The notes beneath the pieces were generated by a model. That model had not been told where the DNA came from. It ran no database searches and was given only the letters and a program-made list of their open reading frames with translations. 64,000 nt of DNA from Chloroflexota bacterium (GTDB lineage: Bacteria; Chloroflexota; Anaerolineae; DTLA01): assembly GCA_014360805.1 (NCBI GenBank), contig JACIWU010000006.1, forward strand, positions 8,199 through 72,198. The letters are read 5' to 3'. Shown in pieces: positions 25,149 through 34,159 of this stretch; position 1 is the stretch's first letter, and every line of letters begins with the position of its first letter. The translations under genes were made by a program, and so were the position numbers.

Positions 25149-25177
25149 AATATACCACAGGTTGGGAACGCTGGCAA
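25149..25177 (-). promoter_or_regulatory. sigma-70-like promoter TTGCCA-17-TATATT (minus strand) for the riboswitch-tupBCA transcript
   Basis: Reverse complement: TTGCCA (25172-25177), a 17-nt spacer, TATATT (25149-25154). Confidence 0.45.
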
Positions 25178-25186
25178 GTACAGGCT

Positions 25187-25256
25187 GATTTGGATTCGGT
25201 TCCGTCTTTTGTTGGTGACCAAGGTGCGACGCACTTTCGGAAGTGCGTCGCACCTG
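25187..25256 (+). repeat. REP-like family C unit
   Basis: GGATTCGGTTCCGTCTTTTGTTGGTGACCAAGGTGCGACGCACTTTCGGAAGTGCGTCGCACCT contains a perfect 15-bp hairpin AGGTGCGACGCACTT/AAGTGCGTCGCACCT. Confidence 0.85.
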
Positions 25257-25308
25257 TCCTATGGCGCGACCCACAGACTTTGGAACCGAATCTACAGGCT
25301 CTCACGAT

Positions 25309-25338
25309 TTGACGGTGCCTGCGGGCGTTCGCTAGAAT
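25309..25338 (+). promoter_or_regulatory. sigma-70-like promoter TTGACG-18-TAGAAT
   Basis: TTGACG at 25309-25314 and TAGAAT at 25333-25338. It lies about 170 nt upstream of ATG 25513. Confidence 0.4.
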
Positions 25339-25512
25339 GGATTTAGCCGCCGACGGCACCTCGGCGGGCAAGGATGGGCGCCGAAACCATGCGCTTCAAC
25401 GCGGAGCACACCGCGACCGCGGAGAATCCTCGTTTGTCCTCTTTGCGGTCTCCGCGCGGTCAGCGGTGAGAGGCATCTGTGGCTACTGTTCTTCAGCAAA
25501 GGAGGGAATGCC

Positions 25513-26793
25513 ATGAGCCAAGATTCTCGGTTGGTGGGCGCGCGCACCAAAGAGGAAGTCCTGAACCTCTTCGCACGGCATGTATCCTCGGGCAAGGTCC
25601 GCTTCTTCCGCGACACCGGTATTGAGTTTGCCCTGGGCAGGCGCGAAGGGCCCTACCTTTGGGATCTGGCGGGCGAGAAGCGGCTGATTGACTGCCACTG
25701 CAACGGTGGCGTGTTCAACCTGGGCCACCGAAACCCCGAAATCATCGCGACCCTGGAGCGTAGCCTGCGTGAATTGGACATCGGCAACCATCACCTTATC
25801 AGCGAGCAGCGGGCGGTGCTGGCCGAGCGTCTGGCGCAGCTGGCCCCCGGCAATCTGGCGTATACGGTCTTCGCGGTGGGCGGCGGCGAGGCGGTGGATT
25901 TGGCCATCAAGGTGGCGCGCGGGTACACGCGGCGGCCCAACATCATCTCGGCCAAAGGCGGATACCACGGCCACACCGGCCTGGCCCTGGCCGCGGGCGA
26001 CGAGAAGTACCGCGCACCCTTCGGCCCCATGCCGCCCGGATTCTATCAGGTCCCGTTCAACGACATCGCCGCCCTGGAGCAAGCGGTGAACGAGGAGACC
26101 GCCGCGGTCATTTTTGAGACGGTCCCCGCCACCTACGGTATGCCGATCGCCGACAAGGATTACTTCGCCCAGGTCCGCGCGTTGTGCGACCGGGCCGGCG
26201 CGCTGATGATCGTGGACGAGATCCAGGCGGGGCTGGGCCGCACGGGCAAACTCTGGGGCATCCAGCATTTCGGCGTGGAGCCGGACATCATGGTCATCGG
26301 CAAAGGGCTATCGGGCGGCATCTACCCCATCGCGGCGACGTGTTTCCGCGCAGAGTTGGAGGCCGTTTTCCATAAGGATCCGTTCATCCACATTTCCACC
26401 TTTGGCGGGGCCGAGGTGGGGTGCCCGGTGGCCCTCAAGGTGCTGGAGATCAGTTCCGCCCCCGCTTTCCTGCGCCATGTGGAGGAGATGGCCGGCATCT
26501 TCGCCGAGGGGTTCGCTCGGCTGAAGGAGAAGCATCCCGCCGTCTTGGTGCGGTTGCGCCAGTTGGGGATGATGATGGGGATAGAGATGGTCAACCCGTA
26601 CTGCGGGCCGCTTTTCTCCAAGGCGGCCTACGAGGCCGGGCTGCTGTCGGTGTATGCCTACAACGACACGCGCGTTGCCCAGTTCCTGCCGCCTCTCACC
26701 ATAGACCGCCCGCTGGCCGAGGAGATTCTCCAGCGGGTGGATGCGGCCCTTTCAGGTGTGGAAGCGTTCCTGCAAGGAGGCGCCCATGACTGA
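25513..26793 (+). CDS. class-III (omega) aminotransferase, PLP-dependent (426 aa)
   Basis: AAAGGAGGG precedes the ATG. Motifs: GGVFNLGHRNPEI, GGGEAVDLAIKVAR, GGYHGHTG, MIVDEIQAGLGRTGKLW, VIGKGLSGG. Confidence 0.9.
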   Translation: MSQDSRLVGARTKEEVLNLFARHVSSGKVRFFRDTGIEFALGRREGPYLWDLAGEKRLIDCHCNGGVFNLGHRNPEIIATLERSLRELDIGNHHLISEQRAVLAERLAQLAPGNLAYTVFAVGGGEAVDLAIKVARGYTRRPNIISAKGGYHGHTGLALAAGDEKYRAPFGPMPPGFYQVPFNDIAALEQAVNEETAAVIFETVPATYGMPIADKDYFAQVRALCDRAGALMIVDEIQAGLGRTGKLWGIQHFGVEPDIMVIGKGLSGGIYPIAATCFRAELEAVFHKDPFIHISTFGGAEVGCPVALKVLEISSAPAFLRHVEEMAGIFAEGFARLKEKHPAVLVRLRQLGMMMGIEMVNPYCGPLFSKAAYEAGLLSVYAYNDTRVAQFLPPLTIDRPLAEEILQRVDAALSGVEAFLQGGAHD

Positions 26794-27763
26794 CCTGGAC
26801 ATAGATTTGGAACTGCTCCGGGCTTTTGAAGCCGGCTTGGACCCGCGTCATCCGGAGCGCAGCGCCATACCCGCCAGGGTGCTGGGCTACGGTGAGATCA
26901 GCACCACCCTGGAGATCGGCACCGAGAGCCAGCGGCACGTGGCCTACAAGCGCCTGCCCATGTTCCGCACGGCGGAGGAGGCCGCCGCGTATCAGGCGCT
27001 CCACGACGACTACGTGAACACGCTTCGGGAGCGCATTGGCCTGCGGGTTGTGGCCGACAAGGCCGTGTCGTTCGTGGACCGGCGCAGCGGGCGCGTGGTG
27101 GTGTACATCGCGCAGCAGAAGTTGCCGCCCGACGCCATCGGCCACCGCGCGATGCAGATGCTCTCGCTGGATGACGTGCAGAGACTGGTTCAGGCCGTCT
27201 TGGCCGAGGCGAAGCGAGTGTTTGACTTCAACCGCCGGCACCAGGGCGAACTGGAGTTGGGCCTGGACATTCAGATATCCAACTGGGCCATCGCGGGGTT
27301 TGATCCCCGCCAGCCGCACCTGGGCGATCCGATTGAACTGATCTACTTTGACACCAGTTCGCCCATGATGCGGCGCGGCGGCGTGGAACAACTGAACCCC
27401 GAGATTTTCCTGCGAAGCGCGCCCTCGTTCCTGGTCTGGATTCTCCGCCTGCTGTTCCTGGAAGATGTGATGACCCGCTACTATGACTTCCGCAAGGTGG
27501 CCGTGGACCTGGTGGCGAATTTCTACAAGGAGCAGCGGGGTGAGTGGGTTCCGGCGGTAACCGACGCGGTCAACGGGTTCTTCGCGGCGTGGGATGGCGG
27601 GGGCACGATACGGCCGCTCACGGTGAAGGAGGTCAGCGCGTACTATCGGGAGGACGCGTTGATTTGGCGGCTGTACCTGGCGTTTCGCAAGGTGGACCGG
27701 GCGCTGCATCTGGCGCTGGGGCGCGAGTACCCGTACATCCTGCCGGCGAAAATCCGGCGATGA
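26786..27763 (+). CDS. hypothetical protein, translationally coupled to the aminotransferase (325 aa)
   Basis: ORF 26741..27763. ATG 26786 overlaps the upstream stop by 8 nt. I assign no confident family; a kinase-like fold is possible. Confidence 0.65.
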   Translation: MTDLDIDLELLRAFEAGLDPRHPERSAIPARVLGYGEISTTLEIGTESQRHVAYKRLPMFRTAEEAAAYQALHDDYVNTLRERIGLRVVADKAVSFVDRRSGRVVVYIAQQKLPPDAIGHRAMQMLSLDDVQRLVQAVLAEAKRVFDFNRRHQGELELGLDIQISNWAIAGFDPRQPHLGDPIELIYFDTSSPMMRRGGVEQLNPEIFLRSAPSFLVWILRLLFLEDVMTRYYDFRKVAVDLVANFYKEQRGEWVPAVTDAVNGFFAAWDGGGTIRPLTVKEVSAYYREDALIWRLYLAFRKVDRALHLALGREYPYILPAKIRR

Positions 27764-27808
27764 TGCGGGCGGCACCCCCTTACCCTGGCCCGGCGCTCGT
27801 GGCCGTTT

Positions 27809-27933
27809 CCCCCTTCTCGCCCCGCGTGCGGGGAGAGAAGGGGGCTAGGGGGATGTGAGGGGTTCACCTCCGCGGATGTGCGGCCGTGCTTTTCGTGGCT
27901 TTCGCGCCCTTTCGTGTCCTTCGCGATCCGAAT
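27809..27933. repeat. family A-type palindrome (27809-27862) plus inverted family B CGCGAA/CACGAA units (27886-27933)
   Basis: CCCCCTTCTCGCCCCGCGTGCGGGGAGAGAAGGGGGCTAGGGGGATGTGAGGGG is near-identical to 13424-13477. CTTTTCGTGGCTTTCGCGCCCTTTCGTGTCCTTCGCGAT is the reverse-complement unit type. Confidence 0.8.
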
Positions 27934-28075
27934 GCCCTCCGCGCAGGGTGGGTGCGCAGCAAATCCGTCGTTCTCCGCGTGCACGGTGGTGGAAATCCCA
28001 GGCACGCCGCGCGGGAGTTCACCGCGCATGTGCAACTCTCACCCTGGCGCTCTGGCGGCAGGAAAGGGGAGGGCG

Positions 28076-29695
28076 CTAGCCGGACGGCACGGCGAAGAAC
28101 CAGTCAAAGTCCGCGTTGACGCCGGGATCGCTGAAGTCCATGTTGCCGTTCCAGCCCCCCAGCCCGACTCTGGGCGATGTCATCGTGTCGGCGATGAGCG
28201 AGCCGAAGTACGTCCAGTTCTGTCCGTTGGCGCTGATGTATCCCGTGTACTGACTGCCGCGGCGCACCAGCCGCAGGTACATGACCGGGTAGGGCGGCGC
28301 GGGCAACGTCGTCTCCTGGTAGTACGAGAAGTCGTGCCCGGGCTTACGCTTGGCCAGGACGAGCACCCGCGTCCCGTTCTCGTAGCGCACGGTCAGTTTC
28401 ACGTAGTGGTTGGACTCCTGGTAGACCACCAGGCCCGCTTCGTGCTTGTTCCGCGCCGGCGTCCAGTCCAGTGCGGTGCGGATGTCAAAATTGGGCGTCG
28501 GGAACTGTTGTAGCAGGATGCTCCGCGCCGTGTCGTTGAAGTTGAGTTCGCCGATGTCGGTCTTGATGCGCAGGTAACCGGAGCGCTCGGTCAGGCTCCA
28601 TTTGCTCATAGCCGGGCGCAGCCACTGCCAGCGCGTGTTGAGCACCGATGACGAGAAGTGATCGTACTTGTCAAACGGCTGGATGTTCAGACTGTAGGGC
28701 ACGGTGTTGCTGGAGTCCCCATGCCCGTACACGTGGAACACGTAGTACCCCGACTGGTTGACCACGTACCAGCCCTCTTCGGCGCCGGTCCCCTCGTGGT
28801 CTATGGATGCCACCGACTCACCATCGGGGTTGAAGATTTCCAGACCCAAATCCAGCGTGGGGTGGTACAGCGTCAGCGTTACGAACTTGGTGTCGTCAAT
28901 CCAGACGCCGTAGAAGTCCTCGTCGGTTGGCGTGCAGATGTACGCGTCGGCTAGGCTGATGGGCACGCCCAGGAAGCCCGCCGCCATGTCGTAGGTGTCG
29001 TTGGGTTCGTATGGATCGTTGCACGGCACCGGCGTGGGCGTGCGGGTGCGGGTTGGGGTGCGGGTGGGCGTGGCGCTGGGCGTGAGCGTGGCGGTGGGCG
29101 TGTGTTCGGGCGTGGGCGTGTAGGTCAGCGCCGTGAAGTCCAGGATGCGCACCGAGTAGCCGTAGTAGTGCCGCCATTGTACCTGCATCGGCAAGAACGT
29201 GTAGCCCTCTTTCTCCGGCCAGACAGTTACGGTCTCGTCGCCTGGGATGGGCTGGAAGGGCGACTGGTAGAAGCCGTTGGCGTCGGTCGTGGCGACGGGC
29301 GTGGGCTGGTAGGATGCGAAGCGGCGGTAGATGGTAACGCCGGGCAGGCCTGGGCCGGTTTCGTCATTCAGGCGCACGTACCCCTGGACGACCAGCCCGG
29401 GCGCCTGGGTGGGCGTGGCAGTGGGGGTGCGGGTGGGTGTGGCGCTCGCCGTGGTGGTAGGCGCGACCGTTGGGGTGCGGGTGGATGTGGGCGTCTGGGT
29501 CGGGGCGGTTGTGGGCATGCGAGTTGGGGTGCGGGTGGGCGTGGCGGTGGGGGCTACGCCGCGCTGGACGGCGACGCACGGGAGATACGCCCGCGGCGTT
29601 CGGGATGCGACTGCGGGGGTCGCTGCCCGAACGCTGACGGCCACCACACCGATGGCGACTGCCAGTATTCCGATGATGACTGCGCGCTGTCTCAC
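28076..29695 (-). CDS. secreted protein: PT linkers + carboxypeptidase-regulatory-like domain + PPC (pre-peptidase C-terminal)-like domain + concanavalin A-like (DUF1349-like) domain (539 aa)
   Basis: GTG start at 29695 after GAGGAGGG. N-terminal TM, then PRAYLPCVAVQRG and TPTRTPT linkers. The YEPNDTYDMAAGF...YSLNIQ block is PPC-like. The C-terminal WQWLRP...GYLRIKT...VYQESNHYVKL...GYISANGQNW pattern is lectin/glucanase-like. Confidence 0.8.
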   Translation of the reverse strand: MRQRAVIIGILAVAIGVVAVSVRAATPAVASRTPRAYLPCVAVQRGVAPTATPTRTPTRMPTTAPTQTPTSTRTPTVAPTTTASATPTRTPTATPTQAPGLVVQGYVRLNDETGPGLPGVTIYRRFASYQPTPVATTDANGFYQSPFQPIPGDETVTVWPEKEGYTFLPMQVQWRHYYGYSVRILDFTALTYTPTPEHTPTATLTPSATPTRTPTRTRTPTPVPCNDPYEPNDTYDMAAGFLGVPISLADAYICTPTDEDFYGVWIDDTKFVTLTLYHPTLDLGLEIFNPDGESVASIDHEGTGAEEGWYVVNQSGYYVFHVYGHGDSSNTVPYSLNIQPFDKYDHFSSSVLNTRWQWLRPAMSKWSLTERSGYLRIKTDIGELNFNDTARSILLQQFPTPNFDIRTALDWTPARNKHEAGLVVYQESNHYVKLTVRYENGTRVLVLAKRKPGHDFSYYQETTLPAPPYPVMYLRLVRRGSQYTGYISANGQNWTYFGSLIADTMTSPRVGLGGWNGNMDFSDPGVNADFDWFFAVPSG

Positions 29696-29751
29696 GACGA
29701 TCCCTCCTCACCCAGCGGCCAACGCAGGCCGCGCGTCCACGGTCTTACCCC

Positions 29752-29781
29752 ATTCTAGTGGACATTAGGGATCGGGGGCAA
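29752..29781 (-). promoter_or_regulatory. sigma-70-like promoter TTGCCC-18-TAGAAT (minus strand)
   Basis: Reverse complement: TTGCCC (29776-29781), an 18-nt spacer, TAGAAT (29752-29757). It lies 57 nt upstream of GTG 29695. Confidence 0.4.
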
Positions 29782-29823
29782 TGGGAAAAAAGGCCTGTCG
29801 TGAGGGGCAAAACCCGACCGAAT

Positions 29824-29852
29824 TTGGCCGCTTTTGCGCGTGCGGGTATAAT
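29824..29852 (+). promoter_or_regulatory. sigma-70-like promoter TTGGCC-17-TATAAT
   Basis: TTGGCC at 29824-29829 and TATAAT at 29847-29852. The ~190-nt leader to ATG 30040 contains family C and D repeats. Confidence 0.45.
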
Positions 29853-29882
29853 GGCTGTGGGATGTATTGCGGAGAATGGGCA

Positions 29883-30022
29883 CAGGTGCGACACGCTTCC
29901 GAAAGCGCATCGCGCCTTGGTCGCCAACACAAGACGGAGCCGAATCCGCGAGGGCTTGTTTGCACTCGCGCGCTTCGCCGACATCGGTACTGACCGCTGA
30001 CGGCTGCGCGGCCAGCCGTCGG
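29883..30022. repeat. family C unit (inverted, 29883-29947) and family D unit with GACGGCTG/CAGCCGTC hairpin (29987-30022)
   Basis: CAGGTGCGACACGCTTCCGAAAGCGCATCGCGCCTTGGTCGCCAACACAAGACGGAGCCGAATCC, then GTACTGACCGCTGACGGCTGCGCGGCCAGCCGTCGG. Confidence 0.8.
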
Positions 30023-30039
30023 CAAGGCCAAAGGAGAAC

Positions 30040-31074
30040 ATGGACATGAACGAAATAGATCGGCGCGAATTCATCCGCCGGATGATCCTGCTGGCGTTGG
30101 GCGCGACGGCGGCATCGTCGGGGCTGGCGCGGTGCGGTTCCCCGTCCGTGCCGACGGCCGCGCCCACCATCCCGCCGCTGGCAACCGCCACCCCCATGTC
30201 CACGCTGCCAGCGGCCACAGCGGCAGGCCCTACGCCGACGGGGCAGCCCCCTGCGCCCGCTACGGGCGACGCCTACCTGGCCGTGGCGCGCGGCGACAGC
30301 CCCACGGCCCTGGTGCAGGCGGCCATCCGCGCCATCGGCGGCATTGAGCGCTTCGTGAAGCCGGGCGCCGATGTCATCATCAAGCCCAACATCTGCGTGG
30401 CCTATCACGGGCCGGAGTACGCGGCCACTACCAACCCTGAAGTCGTGGGCGCGCTGGTGGCGCTGTGCCTGGGCGCGGGAGCCAGGCGCGTGCGCGTGAT
30501 GGACAACCCCTTCGGCGGCAGCCCCGAAGCCGCCTATGCCCGCAGTGGCGTCGCCGACGCGGTGAAAGCCGCCGGCGGCCAGATGGAAATCATGTCCGAG
30601 ATGAAGTACGCGACCGCCCCCATCCCGCAGGGCAAAGACCTGAAGCAAATCCGTATCTACCGCGACGCGCTGGATGCCGACGTGTTCATCAACGTGCCCA
30701 TCGCCAAGGATCACGGCCTGGCGCGGCTGACGCTGGGGATGAAGAATCTTCTCGGCGTCATCTGGGACCGCCCCGCCATGCACCGCAACATGGGCCAGCG
30801 CATCGCCGAACTGACGAGCCTGGTGCGCCCCACGCTGACGGTTGTGGACGCCGTGCGCATCCTCATGGCCAACGGCCCCACGGGTGGCAACCTGGCCGAC
30901 GTGAAGCAGACCAACACGATCATCGCCAGCGCCGACATCGTTGCCGCCGACGCCTACGCCACGTCGCTGTTCGGGCTGACGCCGACGGACGTGTCGTACA
31001 TCCCCGCCGCCGCGAAGATGGGCCTGGGGACGATGGACCTGGCGGGCGTGAGGGTGGAAGAAATCGGCGTATAG
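30040..31074 (+). CDS. DUF362 domain protein with twin-arginine signal (344 aa)
   Basis: The Tat motif DRREFIRR is followed by a hydrophobic stretch and a Cys. VKPGADVIIKPNICVAY and NVPIAKDHGLARLTLGMKNLLGV are typical of DUF362. Confidence 0.85.
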   Translation: MDMNEIDRREFIRRMILLALGATAASSGLARCGSPSVPTAAPTIPPLATATPMSTLPAATAAGPTPTGQPPAPATGDAYLAVARGDSPTALVQAAIRAIGGIERFVKPGADVIIKPNICVAYHGPEYAATTNPEVVGALVALCLGAGARRVRVMDNPFGGSPEAAYARSGVADAVKAAGGQMEIMSEMKYATAPIPQGKDLKQIRIYRDALDADVFINVPIAKDHGLARLTLGMKNLLGVIWDRPAMHRNMGQRIAELTSLVRPTLTVVDAVRILMANGPTGGNLADVKQTNTIIASADIVAADAYATSLFGLTPTDVSYIPAAAKMGLGTMDLAGVRVEEIGV

Positions 31075-31185
31075 CGACCAGCCATCAGCGATCAGCAATC
31101 AGCCACCAGCCCCTGGCAGCAAACTGCGTGCTGACCGCTGACCTGCTGATGGCTAACGGCCAATGGCTAACGGCTGACCGCCACT
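31075..31185 (+). repeat. family D repeats (CAGCGATCAGCAATCAGCC / CTGACCGCTGACCTGCTGATGGCTAACGGC units)
   Basis: A run of related ~10-12-nt units (GCTGACCGCTGAC, GGCTAACGGC x2, GCTGACCGCC). Related copies lie at 16092-16133 and 29987-30010. Confidence 0.7.
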
Positions 31186-31200
31186 GGTTTGGAGAGTGCG

Positions 31201-32706
31201 ATGACCGCAAAGACTTGGCGACGCGCGCGGCAAGCGGTGCAGATTCTGGCGGCGGTTCTGTTCGTGTACCTGCTCCTGGGCACGCGGCAGGGCCTGCCGA
31301 CCTTCCTGCCCCACGACCTGTTCTTCCGCCTGGACCCGCTGGTGGGCGTTGCGGCGATGCTGGCTGGCAGGCGCTGGATCGCGGCGTTGGCGCTGGGGTT
31401 GGCGACCCTCGCGCTGGCGGTGCTGGCCGGGCGGGCCTGGTGCGGGTGGCTGTGCCCCCTCGGAGCGGCGCTGGACTGGACGCGGCCGCGCCTGTCCCGC
31501 GAGGGCGACCCCCGCGGCAACTGGCGTAGCGCCAAGCATGGCCTGCTGCTGGTCATCCTGTTCGCCGCGCTCCTGGGCAACCTCACCCTGCTGGTGCTGG
31601 ACCCGCTCACGATTCTGTTCCGCACGATGGCCGCGGCGGTCTTGCCCGCCGTCAATGCGCTGCTCACGGCGGCGGAATCGGCGCTATATGCCATCGGGCC
31701 TTTACAGAGACCGCTGGAGTGGGTGGACCGCGTGCTGCGGGGCGCGGGCTTGGTGGGCGGGGAGCCGGCGTTCCAGCAGGGCGTTGTGCTGGCGCTGGTG
31801 TTCGCGGGCGTCCTGGCGCTGAATGCGGTTCGCCCGCGCTTCTGGTGCCGCTACCTGTGCCCGCTGGGGGCGCTGCTGGGTCTCGTGTCCAAGGTCTCGT
31901 TCCTGCGACACCATGCGGATGCCGACGCCTGCGTGGCCTGCGGCAAGTGCGCCCGCGCCTGTCCCACCGGCACGGTGGACCCCGCGCGCGGCTACGCGGC
32001 CGACCCGTCCGAATGCACGTTGTGCCTGGACTGCGCGGCGGTCTGCCCGACGAATGCCGTGGCGTTCCGATGGCATCTTGTTCCGGCGGGCTGGCGCGAG
32101 TATGACCCGTCGCGACGGCAGGCGCTCCTGTCGCTGGGCGTGGCGGTGGCGGGCGTGGGCCTGTTGCGCGCCGCGCCTGCTGCCAGGCGAGACCATCCGC
32201 GCCTCATCCGTCCACCTGGGGCGCGCGAGAACGGCCTGCTGGACAAGTGCATCCGCTGCGGCGAGTGCATGAAGGTCTGCCCCACGTCGGGCCTGCAGCC
32301 GAGCCTGGACGTGGCCGGGCTGGAGGGGCTGTGGACGCCAGTGCTGGTGCCGCGCCTGGGCTACTGCGACTACTCGTGCCATTCGTGCGGCCAGGCCTGC
32401 CCCACGGGCGCCATCCCGCCCCTGTCGCTGGACGACAAGCGGCGGGCGGTCATCGGCGTGGCCTACATTGACGAGAACCGCTGCATCCCCTGGGCCGATG
32501 GCGCGGACTGCATCGTGTGCGAGGAGATGTGCCCCGTGCCCGACAAGGCCATCCAACTGGACGTGCAGACGGTGGCACGGCCCGACGGCACGGTGGCCGA
32601 GGTACGCCGCCCGCGGGTGATCCGCGAGCGGTGCATCGGGTGTGGCATCTGCGAGTACAAGTGCCCGCTCAACGGCGAGGCGGCGATACGGGTGTACGCG
32701 CCGTAG
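31201..32706 (+). CDS. membrane-bound polyferredoxin, NapH/MauN-like 4Fe-4S binding protein (501 aa)
   Basis: ORF 31189..32706; ATG 31201 follows GGAGAG. Several TM helices with CGWLCPLG and FWCRYLCPLG motifs. Multiple CxxCxxCxxxCP clusters (CVACGKCARACP, CIRCGECMKVCP, CIGCGICEYKCP). Confidence 0.85.
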   Translation: MTAKTWRRARQAVQILAAVLFVYLLLGTRQGLPTFLPHDLFFRLDPLVGVAAMLAGRRWIAALALGLATLALAVLAGRAWCGWLCPLGAALDWTRPRLSREGDPRGNWRSAKHGLLLVILFAALLGNLTLLVLDPLTILFRTMAAAVLPAVNALLTAAESALYAIGPLQRPLEWVDRVLRGAGLVGGEPAFQQGVVLALVFAGVLALNAVRPRFWCRYLCPLGALLGLVSKVSFLRHHADADACVACGKCARACPTGTVDPARGYAADPSECTLCLDCAAVCPTNAVAFRWHLVPAGWREYDPSRRQALLSLGVAVAGVGLLRAAPAARRDHPRLIRPPGARENGLLDKCIRCGECMKVCPTSGLQPSLDVAGLEGLWTPVLVPRLGYCDYSCHSCGQACPTGAIPPLSLDDKRRAVIGVAYIDENRCIPWADGADCIVCEEMCPVPDKAIQLDVQTVARPDGTVAEVRRPRVIRERCIGCGICEYKCPLNGEAAIRVYAP

Positions 32707-32852
32707 GGCATTTGGGCATTCACGAATACAGCGGATTGGGCGAAGGGAAACGGAATTCGCGAAATGCGGGGCAGCGCGCGGGCCACACACCTCACCCCCG
32801 GCCTTCGGCCTCCCCCTCTCCGCCAGCGGAGAGGGGGAACGAGGGGGTGAGG
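32707..32852. repeat. family B-like units (32707-32765) and a nested palindrome CCTCACCCCC...GGGGGTGAGG (32790-32852)
   Basis: CATTCACGAATACAGCGGATTGGGCGAAGGGAAACGGAATTCGCGAAATG. The inner hairpin is CCCCCTCTCCGC-CAGC-GGAGAGGGGG inside the outer stem CCTCACCCCC/GGGGGTGAGG. Confidence 0.75.
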
Positions 32853-32888
32853 TCGGCATCATCGCACGGGGCGGCGCGGCGCACCGCC

Positions 32889-34067
32889 CTAGATGATCCC
32901 CATCTCCTTGCCGACTTTCGCGAAGATGTCCAGCACGCGGTCCATCTGCTCGTCGGTGTGGGTGGCCATGTAACTGGTGCGCAGCAGGGCCATGCCGGGC
33001 GGGACCGCCGGCGAGATGACCGGGTTGGTGTAAACGCCCGCCGCGAACAGTGCCTTCCACGTCATGAACGTTTTCATGTCGTCGCCGATGATGATGGGGA
33101 TGATGGGCGTCTGGGTGTCGCCGACGTTGAACCCCAGCGCCTTGTACCCCTTGCGCATCTTCTCGGCGATGGCCATGAGGCGCTGGCGGCGTTCCGGCTC
33201 GGTCTGCATGATTTCCAGCGCCGCCATGGCCGCCGCGGCGTTGGCCGCCGGGATGCTGGCGCTGAAGATGAGCGACCGCGCCGTGTGCTTGATGTAGTCA
33301 ATGACCGTGGCCTTGCCCGCGATGAACCCGCCCAGCGAGGCAAACGACTTGCTGAACGTCCCCATGATTAGGTCGGCGTCGTCGTCCATGCCGAAGTGAG
33401 CCGCCGTGCCGCGCCCCTCGCCCAGGACGCCGACGGAGTGCGCGTCGTCCACCATCAGGCGCGCCCCGTACTTCTTGCAGATGGGGACGATCTCCGGCAG
33501 CGGCGCGATGTCGCCCCCCATGCTGAAGACGCCGTCCACAACCACCAACGTGCCCGCGTCCTCGGGCAGCGACGCCAGCACCCGCTCCAGGTCGGCCATG
33601 TCGTTGTGGCGGAAGCGCTTCATCTCGCCGAACGCCAGTTTGCACCCGTCCACGATGCTGGCGTGGTCGTCGCGGTCGGTGATGACGAAGTCGCCCCGCC
33701 CCACCAGCGCCGAAATCGTGCCCACGTTGGTCTGATAGCCGGTGCTGAAGACCAGCGCTGCCTCCTTGCGCATGAAGGCCGCCAGCCGCCGCTCCAACTC
33801 CTCGTGGAGTTCCAGCGTGCCGTTGAGGAAGCGCGACCCCGTGCACGACGTGCCGTAGCGCCGGATGGCGTCCAGCGCCGCCTCGCGCACCTTGGGGTGC
33901 GTCGTCAGACCCAGGTAGTTGTTGGAGCCGATCATGATAAGCCGGTGGCCGTTGATGACCACCTCCGTCCCCTCGGTGTCCTGCAGTGGAATGAAGTACG
34001 GATAATACCCTGCCTTTCGTGCGTCGGCTGCCTGCGTAAAGGCTTCACACTTTGCGAAGATGTCCAT
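32889..34067 (-). CDS. alpha-oxoamine synthase, serine-palmitoyltransferase-like (392 aa)
   Basis: ORF 32889..34136; I chose ATG 34067 after GGGGGAG. Motifs: [25 protein letters not shown] (SPT-type rather than the BioF or KBL type), [22 protein letters not shown] (PLP lysine). Confidence 0.8.
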   Translation of the reverse strand: MDIFAKCEAFTQAADARKAGYYPYFIPLQDTEGTEVVINGHRLIMIGSNNYLGLTTHPKVREAALDAIRRYGTSCTGSRFLNGTLELHEELERRLAAFMRKEAALVFSTGYQTNVGTISALVGRGDFVITDRDDHASIVDGCKLAFGEMKRFRHNDMADLERVLASLPEDAGTLVVVDGVFSMGGDIAPLPEIVPICKKYGARLMVDDAHSVGVLGEGRGTAAHFGMDDDADLIMGTFSKSFASLGGFIAGKATVIDYIKHTARSLIFSASIPAANAAAAMAALEIMQTEPERRQRLMAIAEKMRKGYKALGFNVGDTQTPIIPIIIGDDMKTFMTWKALFAAGVYTNPVISPAVPPGMALLRTSYMATHTDEQMDRVLDIFAKVGKEMGII

Positions 34068-34159
34068 ATTTCTCCCCCAATACGGTCTATCTCGGAGCGT
34101 ACTCCGCTCACTCCCGAAAACCCGCCCGCGCCCCAACGGTTACGGCGGTGAGGCGCGGC

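Noticed and set aside
24851-25234. Upstream 127-aa extension of the tupB ORF (track ORF 24143..25234)
   Set aside because: The extension would translate through the terminator hairpin, the riboswitch-like structure and the promoter. Homologous permeases start near INEIWEGL.
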